Positions 45,825 to 54,415 of a stretch of 64,000 nucleotides of DNA are shown in pieces. The number at the start of each line of letters is the position of its first letter. Within the stretch, counting starts at the first letter, position 1. The notes under the pieces are model-generated. The model worked only from the letters and a program-made list of their open reading frames with translations. It searched no databases and was not told the DNA's origin. This DNA is from Candidatus Tayloriibacteriota bacterium (GTDB lineage Bacteria > Patescibacteriota > Minisyncoccia > Phycocordibacterales > UBA6065), in NCBI GenBank assembly GCA_016215405.1, contig JACRJQ010000005.1:75560-139559 (forward strand). The letters run 5' to 3'. A program made the position numbers and the translations under genes.

Positions 45825-48743
45825 ATGTCCCAATCCTTCGAAGAGCGCTATGCGAAGCTTAACAAAGCCCAACGAGAGGCCGTCGACTCTATCGAGGGCC
45901 CGGTCATGGTCATCGCCGGTCCCGGCACCGGAAAGACCACTATCCTAACGCTCCGCATCGCCAACATCCTCAAGCGCACCGATACGCCGCCTTCGGGGAT
46001 CCTCGCGATCACTTTTACCGAAGCGGGAGTGAAGGCGATGAGGATGAAGCTCCGCGAAGTCATAGGGCCGAAGGCGGACGAGGTGAGGATACATACCTTC
46101 CATGGATTCGCCGCCTCTCTCATCCACGAGTTCTCAGATCATTTTCCGCATGTCTCGGGCGCTCGACAGCTCTCCGATATCGAGGCTGAGGCCCTGGTGA
46201 GGGATATCCTGGCCGAAAAGAAGTACGCCAAGCTCCGTCCGTTCGGGAATCCCGACCTCTACGTGGGAGCGATACTGCGCGCGATCGGAGATTCGAAGAA
46301 GGAGGCGTGGACGCCCGCGATGATCCGCTCGTTCTCCAAAGAGGAGGCCGAAAAGGTAAGGTCCGACGAGTCGTCGCTCTCGACGCGCGGGGCGAGCAAG
46401 GGCAAGCTCAAGGCGGAGGCGGAGAAGCGGATAGAGAAGTGCGAGAGGACAGCGCTTTTCGCGGATGTATATGAGGCCTATGAAGAGGGGAAGAAGGCCG
46501 TGAAGGCGATCGATTTCGACGACCTCATCATCGAGGCGATCCTCGCGTTCGGCCGCGACGAGCTCTTGCTCCGGCTCGTCCAGGAGAGATTCCTCTACAT
46601 CCTCGTCGACGAGCATCAGGATACGAACGATTCTCAGAACCTCCTCGTCCGCCTTATCGCGAGCTTCTTCGAGAGCCCTAACCTTTTCGTGGTGGGTGAT
46701 GAGAAACAGGCCATCTATCGTTTTCAGGGAGCTTCCGTAGAGAACTTTCTCGCGCTTAAGGGGATTTGGAGAGATGTCCGCCTCATATCGCTTAAGGACA
46801 ATTACCGGTCCCATCAAGGCATCCTCGACGCGAGCTTCTCCCTCATCGAGAGGAACTATGGCGAGGGCGAGCATGCGGACCTACGGATAGAGCTCTCTTC
46901 GGGATCTAAGGAGGGGAGAAAGCCGGTCGAGGTCGTCATGGCGGGGAACACCGAGGCGCTCGAAGACAGGCTCGCCGAGGAGCTCTCTCGCATCTCCCAG
47001 AGAGACCCTCTCGCGTCCTCTGCCGTCATAGTAAGGACGAACAGAGACGTGGAGAGAGCGCTCTCTGCGCTCGATGCTCGCGGCATAAAGGCCTCCGCCG
47101 AACGCGGAGCGGACATATTCTCCCATCCTTTAGGGTCGATCTATTTCGACCTGGTCGAATATCTTGCGGACCCGTCGAAGCACGAGCTTCTCTCGAGGAC
47201 TCTCTCTGTCGGCCTTTGGAGGCTCGGCTTCGCGAAGTCCGCCGAGCTCATACGAGGGCTCAGGTCAGGCGATGTCGCTTCCGTGGAGAGGTCAATCCCT
47301 GGCCTCGCGCGGCTCCAAAAGGCGATATCCAAGGCGGGACCGATAGAGTACCTCGTCGATGCCGCCCGCGAGTCGGGATTCGCAGAGCTCTCGGCGCGCG
47401 ACCCGCTCTCTGCCGAGATATGGAGAGGGATCGTCGCCCTTGCTCAGGATATCGCGAGGAAAGGGTCGATCTCCGACCCGCGGGCGGTAATCGAAGCGCT
47501 CCTCTCATATCGCGCGACCGCGGAGAGCAAGAGCGTGAAAGTCTCTGCCGGCAGGTCCGATTCGAAGGTCTCCATCATGACCGCTCACGGATCGAAAGGG
47601 CTCGAATACGATAACGTCTTCATGCCATATGCGACGGAAGAGTCATGGATGCCTCGGGGAAGGTCGTCCTATTTCATATTGCCGCGTGAGAAAGGGGAGG
47701 GCGACGAGATTCGCGACGCGCGAAGGCTCTTTTATGTCGCCATGACGAGGGCGCGCTCCCGCCTCCTCATACTGGCGGATCTCTCCGATGGAGTCGGCAG
47801 GGACCTCACCCCGTCACGATTCATCGGGGAGATCGACCCTTCTGCGGTCTCCGTCTCCGAGGTCCCGCCCAAAAAGGGGGCGCCGAAAGCGGCGAAGAGG
47901 GACGCGGGCGCCGAGGCGTCCGAGCTCGTCGAATACGCGAAGCGGTCGATACTCGAAAAGGGCATCTCCGTGACCGCTTTGAACCATTTCGCTGCGTGCC
48001 CCAACAGATTTTTCTATCGGAGCGTGCTGAGGGTGCCGGAAGCGCCGTCTCCGAGCTCCGAAAAGGGAAACGCGATGCACGAGGCGATGTCGAGGGTCTG
48101 GGCGCTCGCAGAGAAGGGCGAGAAGGCCATAGCCTCTGCCATCGAGGATTCGGTGCGCGAGTATTTTTCGAGGTCTCTCTTGCCTTCGTACGAGAAGGAC
48201 GCATTGGTCGACGAGCTCGTAGCCTCTGCTCCGAAGGTCGCGAAGGCGCTTTTTTCCCACGTATCGCAGCCAGGTACGCATCTGGCAGAGACCTGGATGG
48301 AGATCGCGTTTAGGGCCGAGGTCGAAGGTGACGCGGTCGAATGTCGTCTGCACGGCAAGCTCGACCTCGTCCTCGAGACCGACGATAAGGTATTCGTATT
48401 CGACTACAAGACGCGCGAGGCGATGTCGGAGGCGGCGATACGAGGAGAGACGAAATCGGACGACGGAGGATATTTCCGACAGCTCGCCTATTACAAGATG
48501 CTCGTAGAGGGGAATCCGAAGTACCGGGGCAAGGCGGTAGAGCCATCGCTCGTATTCATAAAGCCGGACGCGAAGGGAAGGTGTCCGATCGCGACCGTGC
48601 CGGTCTCGGCCGAAGACGTCGAGGGGGTGCGGGGCGAGGTTCTGGAGCTCCTTAAGGCCGTCTGGTCGGGCAAGGTCCCGGGAGGCAGGTGCGACGACCC
48701 AGACTGCGACGGTTGCCGCCTCTTTGAGGCTTCGAGGGCCTGA
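45825..48743 (+). CDS. UvrD/PcrA-like SF1 helicase fused to a RecB-type PD-(D/E)XK nuclease
   Basis: AGPGTGKT, VDEHQD, VGDEKQAIYRFQGA, NYRS, TAHGSKGLEY, RRLFYVAMTRA; C-terminal GKLDL..DYKT..QL..Y with Cys ligands. Confidence 0.9.
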   Translation: MSQSFEERYAKLNKAQREAVDSIEGPVMVIAGPGTGKTTILTLRIANILKRTDTPPSGILAITFTEAGVKAMRMKLREVIGPKADEVRIHTFHGFAASLIHEFSDHFPHVSGARQLSDIEAEALVRDILAEKKYAKLRPFGNPDLYVGAILRAIGDSKKEAWTPAMIRSFSKEEAEKVRSDESSLSTRGASKGKLKAEAEKRIEKCERTALFADVYEAYEEGKKAVKAIDFDDLIIEAILAFGRDELLLRLVQERFLYILVDEHQDTNDSQNLLVRLIASFFESPNLFVVGDEKQAIYRFQGASVENFLALKGIWRDVRLISLKDNYRSHQGILDASFSLIERNYGEGEHADLRIELSSGSKEGRKPVEVVMAGNTEALEDRLAEELSRISQRDPLASSAVIVRTNRDVERALSALDARGIKASAERGADIFSHPLGSIYFDLVEYLADPSKHELLSRTLSVGLWRLGFAKSAELIRGLRSGDVASVERSIPGLARLQKAISKAGPIEYLVDAARESGFAELSARDPLSAEIWRGIVALAQDIARKGSISDPRAVIEALLSYRATAESKSVKVSAGRSDSKVSIMTAHGSKGLEYDNVFMPYATEESWMPRGRSSYFILPREKGEGDEIRDARRLFYVAMTRARSRLLILADLSDGVGRDLTPSRFIGEIDPSAVSVSEVPPKKGAPKAAKRDAGAEASELVEYAKRSILEKGISVTALNHFAACPNRFFYRSVLRVPEAPSPSSEKGNAMHEAMSRVWALAEKGEKAIASAIEDSVREYFSRSLLPSYEKDALVDELVASAPKVAKALFSHVSQPGTHLAETWMEIAFRAEVEGDAVECRLHGKLDLVLETDDKVFVFDYKTREAMSEAAIRGETKSDDGGYFRQLAYYKMLVEGNPKYRGKAVEPSLVFIKPDAKGRCPIATVPVSAEDVEGVRGEVLELLKAVWSGKVPGGRCDDPDCDGCRLFEASRA

Positions 48744-48764
48744 GTAGCTCTCTTTGCGTCGTAA

Positions 48765-48799
48765 AAGAAAAAGCCCGCGCGAAGCGCGGGCTTTTTCTT
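48765..48799. terminator. Bidirectional intrinsic terminator
   Basis: AAGAAAAAGCCCGCGC-GAA-GCGCGGGCTTTTTCTT between convergent genes. Confidence 0.85.
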
Positions 48800-49490
48800 A
48801 GAGGTTCTTGAGTATCGTATCGATGATATTCTTCATGTCCTCGTAAGGGAGGGCGCCTTGGGTGATCGGTATCCTCTGGCTGTTCACGAAGAGTACGCTG
48901 TAGGGAGTGCCCTGGGCCCCTGCCGCCGTGACGTCGTCTTTATCCTTGAGTATCCTTGCCTTGTGCTTGCCGCTCGCGAGGCATTCGTTGAACCGAGCTT
49001 CGTCGATCCCAACTTCTTTTGCGAGCACCGGCAGCGTGGAGAGGTCGAGCCCGTCGTTCGAAGGCGTGGCGGCGAATATCTTGTCGAGGTACCTCCAGAA
49101 GGCGTCGTTCCCTCCGAGCTCGGCGGCGCACTCGGTCGCCTCGCCCTCCTTTACGGAGTTATTGTGGACCGGATAGTGCCTGAACGCCCATGCGAGCTGC
49201 GCCTTGCTTCCGTATTCCTTCATGAGGGCGCTTAGGGTCGAATGGAACTGCTTGCAGTAAGGGCATTCGATGTCGGAATACTCGACGAGGACTATGGCGG
49301 CGTTGGGGTTCCCGAGGACGTGGTCGTCTGGCCCTATCGGGTCGATCGAGGAGAGCGACGGCGCTTGGGCGGCAGGAGAGGGCTTTTGGATGGCTGTCCC
49401 TCGCCCTGACCAATAGAGCCCGAACGCTATGAGTACGCCCGCGATTATTATCGCGACGGGTATGGAGAGCGATTGTCGTTGTGGATTCAT
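48798..49490 (-). CDS. DsbA family thiol-disulfide oxidoreductase
   Basis: TM anchor, EYSDIECPYC, RHYP and GTP cis-Pro motif. Confidence 0.92.
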   Translation of the reverse strand: MNPQRQSLSIPVAIIIAGVLIAFGLYWSGRGTAIQKPSPAAQAPSLSSIDPIGPDDHVLGNPNAAIVLVEYSDIECPYCKQFHSTLSALMKEYGSKAQLAWAFRHYPVHNNSVKEGEATECAAELGGNDAFWRYLDKIFAATPSNDGLDLSTLPVLAKEVGIDEARFNECLASGKHKARILKDKDDVTAAGAQGTPYSVLFVNSQRIPITQGALPYEDMKNIIDTILKNL

Positions 49491-49521
49491 TTTCTTTTGG
49501 CTATATGCGAATTATACACCC

Positions 49522-50097
49522 TTAGAAACCGAGGGTGAACGTCATGGCGTTCGCCTCTTTCTTTTCCCATTCCCTCGTGTCGAGCTTTATATCTTTGCTC
49601 GCTTGGCCGTCCTTGAACTTGAGCGTGCCCGTCTTCATGGCGTAGTCGTATATCTCTTTGGTGACCTTCACGTCGTCTTTGCAGTACTGGATTATCTTGT
49701 CCACCTCGCCGTTCTTCCACCAGGTGATGGCCTCGAGCCCATGGCCGGATTTGCCGTAGCCTAAGGTCGCTTGCGCTATGGAGTCGAGCTTTACCCGGAA
49801 TCCGAGCGATTTCTTCACCTCTTTGAGGAGGTCTAAGGATTTTATCTTCGTCAGGTCGCCCGGATAGTATTTGTCGAGGAGAGGTATGTCGAAATGGTCG
49901 CCGTTGAAGGTTATGAGCATGTCCGCGTTCTCGAGCATGGGCCAGAGCTTGCCGAGGTCCTCCTGCAGGAAGCTCTTGTATTCTCCTGTCGCGTATTCGT
50001 ATGTGCAGACGACGGCTATGTCGAGGTCTCGCGGATCGTTCGATCCCACGTCTTGGAAGAGGTTCCTTGTTTCGATGTCGAAGACGATTTTTTTCAT
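49522..50097 (-). CDS. RNase H-like (DEDD) 3'-5' exonuclease domain protein (YprB-like)
   Basis: VFDIET, TFNGDHFDIP, KLDSIA and YCKDDV. Confidence 0.85.
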   Translation of the reverse strand: MKKIVFDIETRNLFQDVGSNDPRDLDIAVVCTYEYATGEYKSFLQEDLGKLWPMLENADMLITFNGDHFDIPLLDKYYPGDLTKIKSLDLLKEVKKSLGFRVKLDSIAQATLGYGKSGHGLEAITWWKNGEVDKIIQYCKDDVKVTKEIYDYAMKTGTLKFKDGQASKDIKLDTREWEKKEANAMTFTLGF

Positions 50098-50131
50098 GCG
50101 GCTTGGGAAATAAGCCTAGGCATTGTAGCAT

Positions 50132-50923
50132 ATGGGCATGTCTACAAGCCTTGACGGGATAAGGAGCGAAGTGATCAATCTATATAAAAGGCGGAGCGAG
50201 ACCCCTTTGCAGACCATAGAGAGGCACGTAAAATCGCATCCCGAGTATAAAGGGGTAAAGATGACGTATGCCGGAAGGCTCGACCCGATGGCCGAGGGCG
50301 TCCTTGTCGTGCTCTCGGGGGAGAAGAACAAGGAGAGGGAGGCTTATACCGGCCTTGATAAGGACTACGAGTTCGAATTCGCTTTCGGGGTGGAGACGGA
50401 CACGTTCGACGTCCTCGGCAAGATCGTCGCTACGAGCGACGCGGAGAGGATCGCCAAGGAGCGCGTAGACGCAGGCTTAAGGGCCTACCTGGGCGAATTC
50501 GAGCAGAAGTATCCTCCGTATTCTTCGAAAGTGGTAAACGGGACGCCGCTCTACGAGCTCTCGCGCAAAGGGCTTTTGCACGAGGAGGACATACCTTCTC
50601 ATAAGGTCTCCGTAAGGAAGATAGAGCTCCTCTCTTCGCGGACGATATCCAAAGACGACCTCGTCGAATTCATATATCGTACGGTAAGCGCGGTCTCGGG
50701 AGATTTCAGGCAGTCAGAGATCTTGAAGGCATGGAACATGTATTTCTCCGAAAGGGCGCCGGAGGAGACCGTCATATATAAGGCGCGGGTATCTTGCGGC
50801 AGCGGATTCTATGTCAGGCAGCTCGTAAGCGATCTAGGAAAGGCTCTGGGACCGGGAGCGGTTACCATCTCTATAGTGAGGACTCGGGTGGGGGAATACC
50901 GCATCGAGGATTCGATACGATAG
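50132..50923 (+). CDS. truB: tRNA pseudouridine synthase B family
   Basis: YAGRLDPMAEGVL, K.YEF...G..TDT.D, PPYSS, CGSGFYVRQL and RTRVG. Confidence 0.85.
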   Translation: MGMSTSLDGIRSEVINLYKRRSETPLQTIERHVKSHPEYKGVKMTYAGRLDPMAEGVLVVLSGEKNKEREAYTGLDKDYEFEFAFGVETDTFDVLGKIVATSDAERIAKERVDAGLRAYLGEFEQKYPPYSSKVVNGTPLYELSRKGLLHEEDIPSHKVSVRKIELLSSRTISKDDLVEFIYRTVSAVSGDFRQSEILKAWNMYFSERAPEETVIYKARVSCGSGFYVRQLVSDLGKALGPGAVTISIVRTRVGEYRIEDSIR

Positions 50924-50929
50924 GACGTC

Positions 50930-50968
50930 GATAAAGCCCCGTGCCGCGATGCGGCACGGGGCTTTATC
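50930..50968. terminator. Bidirectional terminator hairpin
   Basis: GATAAAGCCCCGTGCCGC-GAT-GCGGCACGGGGCTTTATC between convergent genes. Confidence 0.8.
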
Positions 50969-50980
50969 CGTCCGGGTGGC

Positions 50981-51439
50981 TTATATCCTACCTGTGAGGT
51001 TCGAGTCTTCGATGAAGCCCCTCATCACGTCTTGTCGGGCGGCGACCCGTGCCGATTCGTCGGACAGGATGATAAGGAAGAGGCTCCCTGCGATGATGAC
51101 GGCCGTCATGAGCCACTTGATATAGATCGCCCACTGCGGCGTGTGCCAGATCCTGTGGAGGACGAATATCGAATAGAAGGATATGAAGAACGGCAGGACG
51201 AGGGAGATGACGAAGGCCATGCCGGTGAAGAGATAGGAGATCCCCGTGAGGGCGGTGCCACCGAGGAGCGTATGGAACAAGAACTTTATGGCGAGGAGGA
51301 GATTGTCTACGTAGTAGAGCGTGAAATATCCGAATATGACAAGGTAAAAGATGGTGCCTACCGAGCGGAGCTCGGGCGCGAAATAGAAATGAAGGACATG
51401 CCTCATATAAGACTCCTTTTCCTTGGGTTTTTCCGGCAT
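50981..51439 (-). CDS. Hypothetical multi-TM membrane protein
   Basis: Three to four hydrophobic helices. Confidence 0.7.
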   Translation of the reverse strand: MPEKPKEKESYMRHVLHFYFAPELRSVGTIFYLVIFGYFTLYYVDNLLLAIKFLFHTLLGGTALTGISYLFTGMAFVISLVLPFFISFYSIFVLHRIWHTPQWAIYIKWLMTAVIIAGSLFLIILSDESARVAARQDVMRGFIEDSNLTGRI

Positions 51440-51602
51440 GGGTTACATATTCCCACTTTTTAGACATTTGTCAACATATCGATTGACTCGCATGGAAGTC
51501 TGTGTATAATTAACTCCGTCGTTAGTTTCTCGGTGGTGGAAGCGTAAAGTCTAAGCCATAGGGAAGGTCGGACGATAGTTAAAAGAAATAGCAAGTCGCA
51601 CA

Positions 51603-51902
51603 ATGGCAAAGAAACTTTACGTGGGAAACCTCCCTTACAGCACGACTTCTGAGAGCCTCCGAGCAGGCTTTGAGAAGGCTGGCGCTGTCCTCAAGGCAGA
51701 CGTTCTCATGGACAAGATGACCGGCCGCTCGCGAGGCTTCGGCTTCGTAGAGATGGAAGACGCGGACGCTGACAAGGCGATCGCGATGTTCGACGGCAAG
51801 GAATTCGAAGGACGCTCCGTTAAGGTTAACGAAGCTCGCCCACTCGAAGACAGGCCTCGCCGCTCGTTCGGTGATCGAAACGACAACCGCCGAAGCTTCT
51901 AA
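51603..51902 (+). CDS. RRM-domain RNA-binding protein
   Basis: RNP2 LYVGNL, RNP1 RGFGFVEM and VNEARP. Strong TTGACT-N17-TATAAT promoter at 51483-51510 and an approximately 85-nt leader. Confidence 0.95.
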   Translation: MAKKLYVGNLPYSTTSESLRAGFEKAGAVLKADVLMDKMTGRSRGFGFVEMEDADADKAIAMFDGKEFEGRSVKVNEARPLEDRPRRSFGDRNDNRRSF

Positions 51903-51920
51903 AGCTTCTCGATAGTCGGA

Positions 51921-51948
51921 CAAAAGCCGCCCTTACGGGCGGCTTTTG
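51921..51948 (+). terminator. Intrinsic terminator
   Basis: CAAAAGCCGCCC-TTAC-GGGCGGCTTTTG. Confidence 0.8.
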
Positions 51949-51978
51949 CTTCGAATGCCTGCTGCTATAATGAGGAGC

Positions 51979-52803
51979 ATGCGTATAAGGAAGTCTCTCG
52001 ACAAAGACGGATTTACCCTCATAGAGCTCCTGGTCGTCATATCGATAATCGCGCTCCTCTCAAGCGTCGTGCTTTCTAGCCTCAATTCCTCCCGCGCGAA
52101 AGCCCGTCTTGCCGCCGGAAAGCAGTTCGCTTCCCAGGCTGACAGGGTAGCAGGGGAGCTCGCCATAGTACTCTTCGATTTCGACTCTAGTCCGGCCGAT
52201 AAATCGAGCGTGAGCGGGACTTTAACATACAGCGGCAACACCGCCTATTCCGCGGACACTCCTTGGGCTTCCGGCAGCTCGCTTTTCTTCGACGGGTCGG
52301 GCGATTACGCCTTAAGCGCGAGCAACCTGCCCTTATCCGGAGACGCCGAATTCTCTATGTGCGCGTGGATCAAATGGAACGGGGCATGGTCTTCCGACTA
52401 TCCGTCCTTTATGGGAAATAACAGCACAGGCGCGGCGAATCAAGGGCTCTCGTTCACCGTCCGTGACGGGCGGCCTGCGGTCGACTTTTGGGTGAACAGG
52501 TTCAGGGCGACGTCTGCTATAACCGCCGACGAGTGGCACCATGTCTGCGGCACCAAATCGCCCGGCCTCATCGGCTCCGCTACGAAGCTATACGTGGACG
52601 GCGTCCAAGTCGCAGGCGCGGTCGAAGGGTCGAACGTCTCGCCTTCGATCGTTCTCGCTCCCGCTGTGATCGGACGCCTCGACGGCAGCCGCTACTTCAA
52701 CGGATGGGTAGACAGCGCCCATTTCTTCGCAAAGACGCTCGTGGCGTCAGAGGTCCGCGACCTTTATGCCGCAGAGGCCTCCGCGTTCATAGCAGGGATA
52801 TAG
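51979..52803 (+). CDS. Type IV pilin-like protein fused to a LamG domain (3 of 5)
   Basis: G|FTLIELLVVISII; FSMCAWIK, WHHVCG, KLYVDG and YFNGWVD. Confidence 0.88.
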   Translation: MRIRKSLDKDGFTLIELLVVISIIALLSSVVLSSLNSSRAKARLAAGKQFASQADRVAGELAIVLFDFDSSPADKSSVSGTLTYSGNTAYSADTPWASGSSLFFDGSGDYALSASNLPLSGDAEFSMCAWIKWNGAWSSDYPSFMGNNSTGAANQGLSFTVRDGRPAVDFWVNRFRATSAITADEWHHVCGTKSPGLIGSATKLYVDGVQVAGAVEGSNVSPSIVLAPAVIGRLDGSRYFNGWVDSAHFFAKTLVASEVRDLYAAEASAFIAGI

Positions 52804-52807
52804 ATAT

Positions 52808-53647
52808 ATGGATAACGCACGGAGCATACGGCACAAAGGATTCACGCTCATCGAGCTCCTCGTCGTGATATCGATCATATCGCTCCTCTCGAGCGTCGTA
52901 TTATCGAGCCTTAATGCGGCGAGAGAGAAGGGCAGGAGAGGCGCGATACGGCAGTTCTCGTCCACTCTCGATCACGCGCTCGGCGCGTCATATGCGGGCG
53001 TCTGGGATTTCGACGAGTGCTCGGGCCCTACGACCTCGGACAGGTCGGGTTCTGGCACTAGCGGGACCCTTATAGGAGGCCTCGCCTGGTCGGTAGACAC
53101 CGTCTCTGGAACGGGCTGCTCGCTCCTTTTCGACGGCGTAGACGACTGGCTCAACAACGTGGCTCAGCCGGTGTTTCCGACGACTCCTAACGTATTCACC
53201 GTCGCGTTCGCGATAAAGCCGGACAATCAATACGGGCATGTCATAACGCCTCAGTCTAACGGCGTAGATCAGTGGATAGAATACGATCAGAGCAGCCAAA
53301 GGATCGGCATGAGGGTGGCGCAGAGCGCGGATACGAACGAGAGGCTCAGGCCCTCTTCGACGGGATCCGTTCCGTACGGGAGATGGTCTCATGTCGCGAT
53401 CTCCGTTAACGATAAAGCCATAAAGATATATATAAACGGCAAGCTCGATGCCGAATACACGGAGACTATCGATATCGGAGCCTGGGCGGGCCTGTGGGCG
53501 GTAGGCCAAAGAGGCATCAGTACCAACTGGTTCAAGGGCAATCTCGACCAGCTTCGGATATACGCGACAGTCCTCGGCGCGTCAGAGATAGGTAAGCTCT
53601 ATGCGGCAGCAGTCGGTCGGTCAGAGAGGCTATCCGCCATAGAATGA
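52808..53647 (+). CDS. Type IV pilin-like protein fused to a LamG domain (4 of 5)
   Basis: G|FTLIELL; WSHVAIS, IYINGKL and FKGNLDQLRIY. Confidence 0.88.
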   Translation: MDNARSIRHKGFTLIELLVVISIISLLSSVVLSSLNAAREKGRRGAIRQFSSTLDHALGASYAGVWDFDECSGPTTSDRSGSGTSGTLIGGLAWSVDTVSGTGCSLLFDGVDDWLNNVAQPVFPTTPNVFTVAFAIKPDNQYGHVITPQSNGVDQWIEYDQSSQRIGMRVAQSADTNERLRPSSTGSVPYGRWSHVAISVNDKAIKIYINGKLDAEYTETIDIGAWAGLWAVGQRGISTNWFKGNLDQLRIYATVLGASEIGKLYAAAVGRSERLSAIE

Positions 53648-54375
53648 GACATATGAGGCACAAAGGATTCACGCTCATCGAGCTTCTCGTCGTGATATCG
53701 ATCATATCGCTCCTCTCGAGCGTCGTGCTATCGAGCCTTAATGCGGCGAGAGAAAACGCGCGTCTGACGGCCGCTCGACAGTTCGCCGGGATGGTCGAAC
53801 GCTCCGTGGGCGATCAAGCCGCCGCGATATTCGGTTTCGGAGAGGGGTCGGGAGCGACAACGAGAGACAAATCGGGCTCGAATATCATGACCTTGAGCTC
53901 CTCGGGATTATGGGGCGCTTCTGGATTGAGCGGTCAGGCGTACGCGCTATCGTTCAACGGCACGAGCGATTACGCGAGCTCTCAAGCGACGACTATGAAC
54001 GGCGCGAGCGAGACCGTGGGTATCTGGATAAGGACGACCGGCACGACGGGCGCGATGGCGGCGGGACAGGACTGGTGGAGGAGGCTTTTTACCGACAGAT
54101 GGAACATCATCGATTCTGCGAATAATTACGCTCAGATCTACTTTCCGGCGCCGATAAACGACGGTAAATGGCATTACACCGCGTACAGTCTCTCGGGAAA
54201 CTCCGTGAGGGTATATCTCGACGGCAAACAGGTCGGGTCGGCGACCTTGCCGGCGGCGATGGCTCCATATACGGGCAACTGGCAGATCGGCGGCCAGATG
54301 TGCGCGGGCACGTGTTCGAATTTCCTCCAGGCCTCTTATGGAGGGCTCCATGTCTATAACGCGAGCCTCTTTTAG
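53644..54375 (+). CDS. Type IV pilin-like protein fused to a LamG domain (5 of 5)
   Basis: G|FTLIELL; DGKWHY and VYLDG; ATGA overlap with the upstream gene. Confidence 0.85.
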   Translation: MRHMRHKGFTLIELLVVISIISLLSSVVLSSLNAARENARLTAARQFAGMVERSVGDQAAAIFGFGEGSGATTRDKSGSNIMTLSSSGLWGASGLSGQAYALSFNGTSDYASSQATTMNGASETVGIWIRTTGTTGAMAAGQDWWRRLFTDRWNIIDSANNYAQIYFPAPINDGKWHYTAYSLSGNSVRVYLDGKQVGSATLPAAMAPYTGNWQIGGQMCAGTCSNFLQASYGGLHVYNASLF

Positions 54376-54385
54376 GCGGATGCAT

Positions 54386-54413
54386 CGAAAAGCCGCCCTC
54401 GGGCGGCTTTTCG
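54386..54413. terminator. Bidirectional intrinsic terminator
   Basis: CGAAAAGCCGCCC-TC-GGGCGGCTTTTCG between convergent genes. Confidence 0.8.
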
Positions 54414-54415
54414 CA

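Noticed and set aside
47960-48743. Cas4 / CRISPR system
   Set aside because: The Cas4-like nuclease is the C-terminal domain of the helicase; no repeat-spacer array or other cas genes were seen.
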